From positions 2,440 through 66,439 of the forward strand of contig JBEDUQ010000081.1 of NCBI GenBank assembly GCA_040414855.1: 64,000 nt of DNA, in the 5' to 3' direction. Numbering within the stretch: position 1 is the first letter of the stretch; each line of letters begins with the position of its first letter. Of this stretch, positions 8,489-15,606 are shown piece after piece. A model generated the notes under the pieces. That model saw nothing but the letters and a program-made list of their open reading frames with translations, searched no databases and had not been told where the DNA came from. Position numbers and translations under genes: made by a program. Source of the DNA: Actinomycetota bacterium (GTDB taxonomy: Bacteria; Actinomycetota; CALGFH01).

Positions 8489-9312
8489 CCACGACCCAGC
8501 TGCGCATGCCGGTGGCGGCGCGCTCCGGGCCGCTGCGGCGGCTCGGCGACGCGCTGGCCGCCGAGTGGATCAAGGTCGCCACGCTGCACGCGATGTACCC
8601 GCTGCTGGTGGTGGCCGGCGCGCTCGCCGTCGGGGTCGGGGCGCTGCTCTCCGCGTCCGCCGGCGACGACCCCGCGACGCGGGTCGCCGGCGGGCCGCCG
8701 TTCGACCCGGTGGCGACCGCGCTGTCGGCGATGCCCTACGCCGGCGTGATCGTGGCCGCCATGGCGGTGACCCTGGTGACCTCCGAGTACGGCAACGGGA
8801 TGATCCGGCTGACGCTGTCCGTGACCCCGTCGCGATGGCGCGTGTTCGGCGCGAAGCTGCTGGTCGCAGCGGTGCCGGCGCTGCTGGCGGGGACCGCGTT
8901 CGCGGCCGCGTCGGTCGCGGTCGGCCTGCGGATGCTGGCCTCGCGAGGCGTGGCCACGCCGGGCCTGACCGACCCCAAGGTGCTCGGCGCGATCGCGGGG
9001 GCCGGCGTCGGGACCTGCCTGATCAGCCTGCTGGCCACCTGCGTCGCGGTCGCGGTCCGCCACACCGCGCCGGCGGTCGCGCTCACCAACCTGATCGCGT
9101 TCGTGCCGGGGATCATGTACGCACTGCCCGACTGGTGGCAGCGCAACCTGATCGCCTACCTGCCGACCGGCGCGACCGGCAGCCTCGCCGGAACCGTGGC
9201 CGACCGCTCTGTGGCGACCCTGCCGACGGCGACCGCCTACCTGGTGATCGCCGGCTGGGCGCTCGCGCTGGTGGTCGCGGCCGGCACGGTCTTCGCGGGC
9301 AGGGACGCCTAG
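8485..9312 (+). CDS. ABC-2 type transporter permease
   Basis: 275 aa, about 6 hydrophobic segments. N-terminal AAEWIKVATL motif is typical of ABC-2 permeases. Translationally coupled to the upstream genes. Confidence 0.8.
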   Translation: MTTTQLRMPVAARSGPLRRLGDALAAEWIKVATLHAMYPLLVVAGALAVGVGALLSASAGDDPATRVAGGPPFDPVATALSAMPYAGVIVAAMAVTLVTSEYGNGMIRLTLSVTPSRWRVFGAKLLVAAVPALLAGTAFAAASVAVGLRMLASRGVATPGLTDPKVLGAIAGAGVGTCLISLLATCVAVAVRHTAPAVALTNLIAFVPGIMYALPDWWQRNLIAYLPTGATGSLAGTVADRSVATLPTATAYLVIAGWALALVVAAGTVFAGRDA

Positions 9313-9329
9313 TGGCATAGGCTGGGGGC

Positions 9330-9866
9330 ATGACCGCACCAGTCACGCCCCCAGCCATGCCGCCACCGACGGAGCCGGCGGACTCGCTCACCGATCCCAA
9401 GGAGCTGCTGGCCGGCTACCTCGACTACTACCGGGCGACCGTCCTGAACAAGCTCGAGGGCATGTCCGAGAAGGACCTGCGCTCGAGCCGGCTGCCCTCG
9501 GGATGGACGCCGCTCGCGCTGCTCAGGCACCTCACCTTCGTCGAGCTGCGCTGGCTGCGATGGGGCTTCCTCGCCGAGGAGATCGACGACCCCTGGGGCG
9601 ACGACGGCCCCGGCGGCGTCTGGGCGGTCCCCGACGAGACCACCAAGCAGGTGATCGCCGCCTTCCAGGACCAGTGCGAGCGCTCGCGGAAGATCGTCGC
9701 CGCCGCCTCCCTCGACGACGTCGCCCAGGCCGGCGGGCGCTTCGACACGCCCGAGTCGCCGCCCGCGCTCGTCTGGATCCTGTTCCACCTGGTCCAGGAG
9801 TACGCCCGCCACGCCGGCCACCTCGACGTCGCCCGCGAGCTGGCCGACGGGTCGGTCGGCGAGTAG
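9330..9866 (+). CDS. DinB-family / DUF664 (mycothiol-transferase-like) protein
   Basis: 178 aa. LLAGYLDYYRATVLNKLEGMSEKDL...LLRHLTFVE...EYARHAGHLDVARELADG matches the DinB_2/DUF664 four-helix-bundle pattern. Confidence 0.85.
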   Translation: MTAPVTPPAMPPPTEPADSLTDPKELLAGYLDYYRATVLNKLEGMSEKDLRSSRLPSGWTPLALLRHLTFVELRWLRWGFLAEEIDDPWGDDGPGGVWAVPDETTKQVIAAFQDQCERSRKIVAAASLDDVAQAGGRFDTPESPPALVWILFHLVQEYARHAGHLDVARELADGSVGE

Positions 9867-9877
9867 CACGGGGGCGG

Positions 9878-11335
9878 TCAGATCGGCAGCGGCGTGGCCG
9901 GGGCGGTGGCCGAGAGTGGGAAGGCTCCCGGCCGCCCGTCCTCGACCACCCAGGAGGTGAGGGTGGTGGCCGGCGCGGTCGCGTGGTCGGCGGTGGGGAC
10001 CACCCGGTAGTCGCTGCGCCACGACGCCGGCGTCAGGGTGCAGCGCACGTAGCCGTGCCGCGTGCCCTCGAAGAAGCGCACGTGCGGGTTGGCGTGCAGG
10101 GCCGCCTCGACCTCGCGCCGCCAGCCGCAGGCCGAGCTGATCGAGGTGCCGACGAACTCGGTCGCCAGCGTCTGCGAGTCGGCGTCGGCGAAGTCGGCCT
10201 TGAGGTCGTTGACGAAGCTCGAGTGCCAGTCGCCGCTGAGCACGACCGGGTTGCTTGGGCGGTCCCTGGCGATCGCGTCGAGCAGCCGGTCGCGCGCGGC
10301 CGCGTAGCCGTCCCACTGGTCGTGGTTGATGCGCTGCGGGCCCGGCGCCGGCTCGTAGTCGTACTGCGCCATCATCGTCTGCTGCGCGATCACGTTCCAG
10401 CGCGCGGGCGACCGCCGCAGCCCGTCGATCAGCCAGCGCTCCTGGAGATCGCCGGTCATGGTCTGCGACGGGTCGAGCGACCGCGGGTGGCGCGGCGCGA
10501 TGAAGCGGTCGTCTGCCTGCGGGGTCCGGTACTGGCGGGTGTCGAGCACGTTCAGCTCGGCGAGCTGGCCGAAGCGCAGCCGCCGGTAGGCGAGCATGTC
10601 GGGCCCGGCCGGCAGGGCGTGGCGCCGCAGCGGCAGGTGCTCGTAGTAGGCCTGGAAGGCAGCCGCGCGCAGCCGCAGGAAGCGCTCGGGGCCCATCGGC
10701 GGCCCGCCGTCCGGCCGCGAGCGGCTGGCCGCCCAGTTGTTCTCGACCTCGTGGTCGTCGAACACCGCCACGAACGGGAAGCGGGCGTGGGCCGCCCGCA
10801 GGTCCACCGAGGTCTTGTACCAGGCGTGGATCCGCCGGAAGTCCGCCAGCGTCTCGGCGCCCTTGTGCTCGTAGATGTAGTCGCCGACGTGGACGACCAG
10901 GTCGAGGTCCTCGTCGGCCATGGTCCGGTAGGCGCCGTAGCGGCCGCCGACCCACGACTGGCAGGAGGCCAGCGCGAACGCCAGCCGCGAGTTCGGCGCG
11001 CCGGGCGCCGGGGCGGTCCGGGTGGTCCCGGCAGGGCTGACATAGTCGCGGGCCCTGAATCGGTAGTGATACTCACGGGCGGGGTCGAGCCCCGAGACCT
11101 CGACGTGGACCGAGTGGCCCAGCGCCGCCGGGGCGATCTCGCTCCCGCGCCGCACCACGCGACGGAAGCGGTCGTCGCCGGCGACCTCCCACTGCACCAT
11201 GAGGTCCATGGGTGGCATGCCGCCGCGGCCGTCCGGAGCCAGCGGCTCCGGCGCCAGGCGGGTCCAGAGCACGACCCCGTCGGGCAATGGGTCGCCGGAC
11301 GCCACCCCGAGCGTGAAGGGGTCTTCCCTGGCCAC
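9878..11335 (-). CDS. phoD: Alkaline phosphatase D family protein (PhoD-like), lacking a signal peptide
   Basis: 485 aa. Begins (GTG) AREDPFTLGVASGDPLPDGVVLWTRLAP, the conserved mature N-terminus of PhoD, followed by a metallophosphatase core (HVGDYIYE). An in-frame TAG lies 16 codons upstream of the start. Confidence 0.9.
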   Translation of the reverse strand: MAREDPFTLGVASGDPLPDGVVLWTRLAPEPLAPDGRGGMPPMDLMVQWEVAGDDRFRRVVRRGSEIAPAALGHSVHVEVSGLDPAREYHYRFRARDYVSPAGTTRTAPAPGAPNSRLAFALASCQSWVGGRYGAYRTMADEDLDLVVHVGDYIYEHKGAETLADFRRIHAWYKTSVDLRAAHARFPFVAVFDDHEVENNWAASRSRPDGGPPMGPERFLRLRAAAFQAYYEHLPLRRHALPAGPDMLAYRRLRFGQLAELNVLDTRQYRTPQADDRFIAPRHPRSLDPSQTMTGDLQERWLIDGLRRSPARWNVIAQQTMMAQYDYEPAPGPQRINHDQWDGYAAARDRLLDAIARDRPSNPVVLSGDWHSSFVNDLKADFADADSQTLATEFVGTSISSACGWRREVEAALHANPHVRFFEGTRHGYVRCTLTPASWRSDYRVVPTADHATAPATTLTSWVVEDGRPGAFPLSATAPATPLPI

Positions 11336-11447
11336 CGCTGAACTCCTGTCGTTCCGCTCGCCACCTGGCCTTTCAGGCAGACGCTACGGACCGAGTTCGA
11401 GCACAGCCGGACACGAACGCAAACACGGTCGAAACAGTCGGCGACAG

Positions 11448-11891
11448 TCAGGAGCCGGCGCCGTGCGTCTCGGCCGGAGGGGCGTGCTCGGCCGCCTTGG
11501 TGAGCTCGTGGATGGCCCTGGTCAGCTCGAGGATCTGGTTCGAGAGACGCAGCAGCTCCTCGTTCTGGCGCTCCTCGGCCTGGACCGTGTCCCACTCGTG
11601 GTCGGCCAGCGCCTGCCGCTTCGCGTCGGCGCGGTTCTGGCTGATCATCACGAAGGTCGACAGGAAGATCGCCTCCAGCGACACGATCATGGTGAGCAGC
11701 CCGAATGGGTAGTGCTCGACCTTGAGCAGGATCCACAGCCCGAACCAGAGCACGTGGATGTAGACGAACGCCATCGAGCCGGCGAAGCGCGTGATCGCGT
11801 CGGCGATGCGGTTCTGGACGCTGGCGGCACGCTGGTTGGCGTGCTCGAGCAGCGCCGGGTTGCTCGGGGCCGATGGGCTTCGGATGCTCAC
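11448..11891 (-). CDS. DUF1003 domain membrane protein
   Basis: ORF 11448..12005. ITRFAGSMAFVYIHVLWFGLWILL...LTMIVSLEAIFLSTFVMISQNR is the DUF1003 core. GTG at 11891 is preceded by GGAAGGAG with 5-nt spacing. Confidence 0.8.
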   Translation of the reverse strand: MSIRSPSAPSNPALLEHANQRAASVQNRIADAITRFAGSMAFVYIHVLWFGLWILLKVEHYPFGLLTMIVSLEAIFLSTFVMISQNRADAKRQALADHEWDTVQAEERQNEELLRLSNQILELTRAIHELTKAAEHAPPAETHGAGS

Positions 11892-11980
11892 ACCCGCTCC
11901 TTCCGCTCGCGCGGCCGTTCCCCCCGGGCCGCTGGGCAACGCTTCCACAGCCGTCTCGACAGCGTCAACGGCGGTGCGCC

Positions 11981-12004
11981 CCAAGCTCCAAGCTCCAGGC
12001 TCCA
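11981..12004. repeat. 7-bp microsatellite (CCAAGCT x2, CCAGGCT, CCA) in a divergent intergenic region
   Basis: Read directly from the sequence ccaagctccaagctccaggctcca. Confidence 0.8.
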
Positions 12005-12131
12005 CCCGTAGGGTGAGGCCGCCGCGGCGCGGATCCCTCCATGGCGTGAGGACTGGGGAGGGGTGGCCCGGATACGCTCGTCCCCGTTGCTGCCACGCTC
12101 GAGGATCTCGGCCGCCGCGCGAGGAGGCGCC

Positions 12132-13256
12132 ATGCGATCACCATCCAACGTCGTGCCGCGGATGGGCTGGCGCGGCGACCTGGTCACCGTGCTGCTGTCG
12201 ACCTGGCTGATCGGCGGGCTGTTCCTCGACGGCTGGGCGCACAACACCCGACCGTCGCTGGAGACCTTCTTCACCCCGTGGCACGCGGCCTTCTACTCCG
12301 GCTTCGCCGCCACCGCCGCGTGGATGTGCTGGTCGGTGTGGACCCGCAGGCGCCCGGGCGGCTCCTGGCTCCAGGCGGTCCCGGCCGGCTACGGCCTCGG
12401 CCTGGCCGGGCTGGCGATCTTCCTGGTGTCCGGGGCCGGCGACATGGCCTGGCACATCGCCTTCGGGATCGAGCGGCACATCGACGCGTTGCTGAGCCCG
12501 ACCCACCTCGGCCTGTTCACCGGCGCGTTCCTGATCGTGACCACCCCGCTGCGCTCGGCCTGGGCGGACCCCGAGACCAGCCGGCGGGTGGGCTTCTCGC
12601 GGCTGCTGCCGGCGCTGCTGTCGCTGACGCTCGCGGGCAGCCTGGCGGCGTTCATGTTCCAGTACCTGCACCCGATCGACGACAACTTCGTGAGCCTCGG
12701 GCGGGCGCGGTTCTTCACCGACAACTTCACGGTGTTCCAGTACTACGACGTCCACCAGCTCGCGATCCAGGCCGGCGTGCCGGGGTTCATGCTGAGCAGC
12801 GTGTTCCTGTTCGGGCCGCTGCTGTTCCTGCTGCGCCGCTGGCGGCCGCCGGCCGGCAGCGCACTGCTGATCATCGGCGTCCAGTGCGTGCTGCTCCAGC
12901 TCATGACCGGGCTCCAGGACGGCGGCCTCGCGGTGCTCGGCCTGATCGGCGCGATCGCGATCGAGGTCCTGCTCGCCGGGCTGCGGCCGGTGCCGGCCTC
13001 GCGCTGGCGGGTGCGGTCCTTCTGCGCCCTGGCGCCGGTCGCATTCTGGGGCGCCTACCTCGGCGGCATCGCCCTGCACGACGGCGGGCTCGGCTGGAAC
13101 GCGGAGGACTGGGGCGGCGCGGTGGTGTGGTCGGCGCTCACCATGCTGGCGCTGGCGATGCTGATGCTGCCGCCGGTGGTGCCGGCCCGGCGCGCGACCG
13201 CGGCCGCCTCCGAGGAGGCTCAGCCGCCCGTGACCAGCAGCCAGATGAGCACGTAG
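12132..13256 (+). CDS. Polytopic membrane protein of unknown function (conserved His-containing loops)
   Basis: ORF 12063..13256. ATG at 12132 follows GAGGAGG. About 10 hydrophobic segments. Motifs DGWAHN, TPWHAAFY, DMAWHIAFGIERH, SPTHLG. High GC3. Confidence 0.7.
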   Translation: MRSPSNVVPRMGWRGDLVTVLLSTWLIGGLFLDGWAHNTRPSLETFFTPWHAAFYSGFAATAAWMCWSVWTRRRPGGSWLQAVPAGYGLGLAGLAIFLVSGAGDMAWHIAFGIERHIDALLSPTHLGLFTGAFLIVTTPLRSAWADPETSRRVGFSRLLPALLSLTLAGSLAAFMFQYLHPIDDNFVSLGRARFFTDNFTVFQYYDVHQLAIQAGVPGFMLSSVFLFGPLLFLLRRWRPPAGSALLIIGVQCVLLQLMTGLQDGGLAVLGLIGAIAIEVLLAGLRPVPASRWRVRSFCALAPVAFWGAYLGGIALHDGGLGWNAEDWGGAVVWSALTMLALAMLMLPPVVPARRATAAASEEAQPPVTSSQMST

Positions 13257-13870
13257 TGGCAGAGCCCGGCGCCGACCGTGAAGGCGTGCCAGACCTCGTG
13301 GTAGCCGAACACGGTCGGTGACGGGTTGGGGCGCTGGCGGTTGAGGATCACCGCGCCGACCGTGTACAGGATGCCGCCCGCCACCAGCAGGACCAGCTTG
13401 GTCGCGCCGAGCCGGTGCGCCAGCCACGGCAGGCTGAAGACCGCGACCCAGCCGAGCGACAGGTACAGGGTGATCCCGACGATGCGGATCCGGTGCCAGA
13501 AGATCACCACCATGATCCCGCCCGCCGCGACCGTCCAGACCGCGGCGACGATCAGCATCCCCAAGGTGCGGTTGAACGCGAGCAGCGCGAACGGCGTGTA
13601 GCTGCCGGCGATCAGCACGTAGATCATCGCGTGGTCGGCCTGGTCCATGCGCCGTCGCGCGGCCGCCGACCAGCGGCCCAGGTGGAACGCGGCGCTGGTG
13701 CCGTAGAGCCCGGCGAGGCTGACCGCGTAGACGGCCGCCCCCACCTTGGCCAGGGTGCTCCAGCCGGCCAGCACCAGCGCGATCCCGGCCGGGATCGAGA
13801 CGATAAAGGCGATCTGGTGCAACCGCCCGCGCAGCTTGGGGGTTATGAGGGTCTCCGGGGCGAGGGGCAT
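13220..13870 (-). CDS. Hemolysin III / PAQR family channel protein
   Basis: ORF 13220..13918. Seven hydrophobic segments. RGRLHQIAF, DHAMIYVLIAGSYTPF and FGYHEVWHAFTVGA are PAQR signatures. Start is uncertain (ATG 13870 or TTG 13918). Confidence 0.85.
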   Translation of the reverse strand: MPLAPETLITPKLRGRLHQIAFIVSIPAGIALVLAGWSTLAKVGAAVYAVSLAGLYGTSAAFHLGRWSAAARRRMDQADHAMIYVLIAGSYTPFALLAFNRTLGMLIVAAVWTVAAGGIMVVIFWHRIRIVGITLYLSLGWVAVFSLPWLAHRLGATKLVLLVAGGILYTVGAVILNRQRPNPSPTVFGYHEVWHAFTVGAGLCHYVLIWLLVTGG

Positions 13871-14025
13871 CACTGGATCGTACCGTGCGAGGAGCGCCCC
13901 GGTCGTCAACCCGAGCAACTTGGTCGCGGACCGTGGCCCCGCGACCTCGAACTTCGCGCGCGGGAATCCCAGGTGGGATATTCGAGTCTCTAGTAATGGA
14001 ATGTCCGCCGAGCAAGGGAGCCGAG

Positions 14026-14562
14026 ATGGCGCAGAAGCAGGACCCGTACGAAGGGCTGGGGGACTTCCCGTCCTTCACGGTGACCAGCAAGGACATCAGC
14101 GACGGCGGAACCATGCCGCAGGCGCAGCTCAGCGGCATCTTCGGCGCCGGTGGCGACGACGAGTCGCCGCACCTGTCCTGGTCGGGCTTCCCGCCGGAGA
14201 CCCGCGGCTTCGTGGTCACCGTGTACGACCCCGACGCGCCGACCCCGTCGGGCTTCTGGCACTGGGCGGTCTACGGCATCCCCGGCGACGTCACCGAGCT
14301 GTCCACCGGCGCCGGCTCGCCCGACGGCGGCAAGCTGCCCCCGGGCGCGGCCCATCTCCGCAACGACGCCGGCATCGCCCAGTTCCTCGGCTCCGCGCCG
14401 CCCCCGGGCCACGGCCCGCACCGCTATTTCTTCACCGTCCACGCGCTCGACACCGACGCCCTCGAGATGGTCGACGAGGGCTCGACGCCGACGCTGCTCT
14501 GGTTCGTGATGAGCGGCCACACGCTGGCGCGCGGCACGATCATGGTCAGCTACCAGCGCTGA
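14026..14562 (+). CDS. YbhB/YbcL-family Raf kinase inhibitor-like (PEBP) protein
   Basis: In ORF 13885..14562. ATG at 14026 follows GGGAG. Motifs VYDPDAPTPSGFWHW and GHGPHRYFFTVHALD. Confidence 0.88.
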   Translation: MAQKQDPYEGLGDFPSFTVTSKDISDGGTMPQAQLSGIFGAGGDDESPHLSWSGFPPETRGFVVTVYDPDAPTPSGFWHWAVYGIPGDVTELSTGAGSPDGGKLPPGAAHLRNDAGIAQFLGSAPPPGHGPHRYFFTVHALDTDALEMVDEGSTPTLLWFVMSGHTLARGTIMVSYQR

Positions 14563-14589
14563 GCAGCGGCGGCGTCGAGGCTGACCGGC

Positions 14590-15495
14590 TCAGCGGTCGA
14601 GCGGCACCAGTTCGAAATGGACCGTCCTGCCGAACTTGCGCCGGCCGGCGCGGTGTGAGAACGGCACCACGATCCGATGGAGCAGGGGGTGCTTGCGGGC
14701 GATGAGGCGTCCGGCGTACCTGGACTCCTCGCCCTCCAGCCGCCTGGCGACCGCGTGGATCGCCGGGCCGGTCGGCCTGCCGCGCGCGGTGGACGGCGCG
14801 ATCTCGACCTCGGGGTGGTTGCGGATCCGCACGCTCTTCCAGGCCTTCTCGAAGCTGCGGATGTAGGCGCGGTCGCCGTCGACGGCGATGCTCAGCGGGG
14901 TGCCGACCGGCCGGCCGTCGCGGCGGTAGGTGGTCAGCAGCGCGGTCTTCTGGTGGACGAACGGGGCCAGCTCCGGCGTGGTGGCCGTACCGACCTCGCC
15001 GACCACCCAGCGCAGCTCGCGCAGCCGCACCACCAGCGCGGCGCCGACCAGCACCGAGACCAGCCCGAGCGCCCACGGGTCCGCGGCATGGCCGCCGAGG
15101 TCGAGGTCCACGGCGTGGTTGACGGCGTGGATGCTGTTGCCGACCAGGAAGCCGGTGAGCGCCAGCGCGGGACCGTCCTTCCAGCCGAGCGCCAGCAGCA
15201 GGGTGGCACCGATGCCGATCTGGAACGCTCCCAGGTCGTGCAGGAAGTGCTCGGCGTTGGGGAACGCGACCGCCTCGGCGAAGGAGCCCGGCGAGGCCAG
15301 CGACCAGACCCCGGCGGCGAGGGTGAGCAGTCCGGCGACGCCGGTCACGGCGGCGACGAACGCCCGGCCGCCGGGGTCGTCGGCCCGCGAAGCCCAGGCG
15401 GGCCGCTCCCGGTCCTCGGTGGCGCCCGCGCGCCGCGCCGGCGCCCGGGTCCCCGGGCCCTCCGCAGGCGCGAGCCTGTCAGCGTTGTGGTTCAC
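14590..15495 (-). CDS. Fusion: N-terminal ~4-TM membrane domain plus C-terminal PPOX-class (F420-dependent-type) split-barrel domain
   Basis: ORF 14590..15576. GTG at 15495 follows GGAGGA. C-terminus FVHQKTALLTTYRRDGRPVGTPLSIAVDGDRAYIRSFEKAWKSVRIRNHPEVEIAPS resembles small PPOX class F420-dependent oxidoreductases. The N-terminal half is hydrophobic (AFVAAVTGVAGLLTLAAGVW..., IGIGATLLLALGW, ALTGFLVGNSIHAV, LGLVSVLVGAALVV). Confidence 0.75.
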   Translation of the reverse strand: MNHNADRLAPAEGPGTRAPARRAGATEDRERPAWASRADDPGGRAFVAAVTGVAGLLTLAAGVWSLASPGSFAEAVAFPNAEHFLHDLGAFQIGIGATLLLALGWKDGPALALTGFLVGNSIHAVNHAVDLDLGGHAADPWALGLVSVLVGAALVVRLRELRWVVGEVGTATTPELAPFVHQKTALLTTYRRDGRPVGTPLSIAVDGDRAYIRSFEKAWKSVRIRNHPEVEIAPSTARGRPTGPAIHAVARRLEGEESRYAGRLIARKHPLLHRIVVPFSHRAGRRKFGRTVHFELVPLDR

Positions 15496-15606
15496 GGATG
15501 TCCTCCAGCTCTTCGGATGCGGCTGGTGTCCAGCCTTTCGCCCCTGATGACGGTGCCCGCCTCCAAGCTGTGACATCGGGCTCGTCGGAGCCGGGATGCT
15601 CGGCTC

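Noticed and set aside
11405-11436. Possible PHO boxes upstream of phoD (minus strand GTTTCGACCGT GTTTGCGTTCG, 11-nt phased).
   Set aside because: Only GTT and the phasing resemble the GTTCACC-type PHO box. The match is too weak to claim without a position weight matrix scan.
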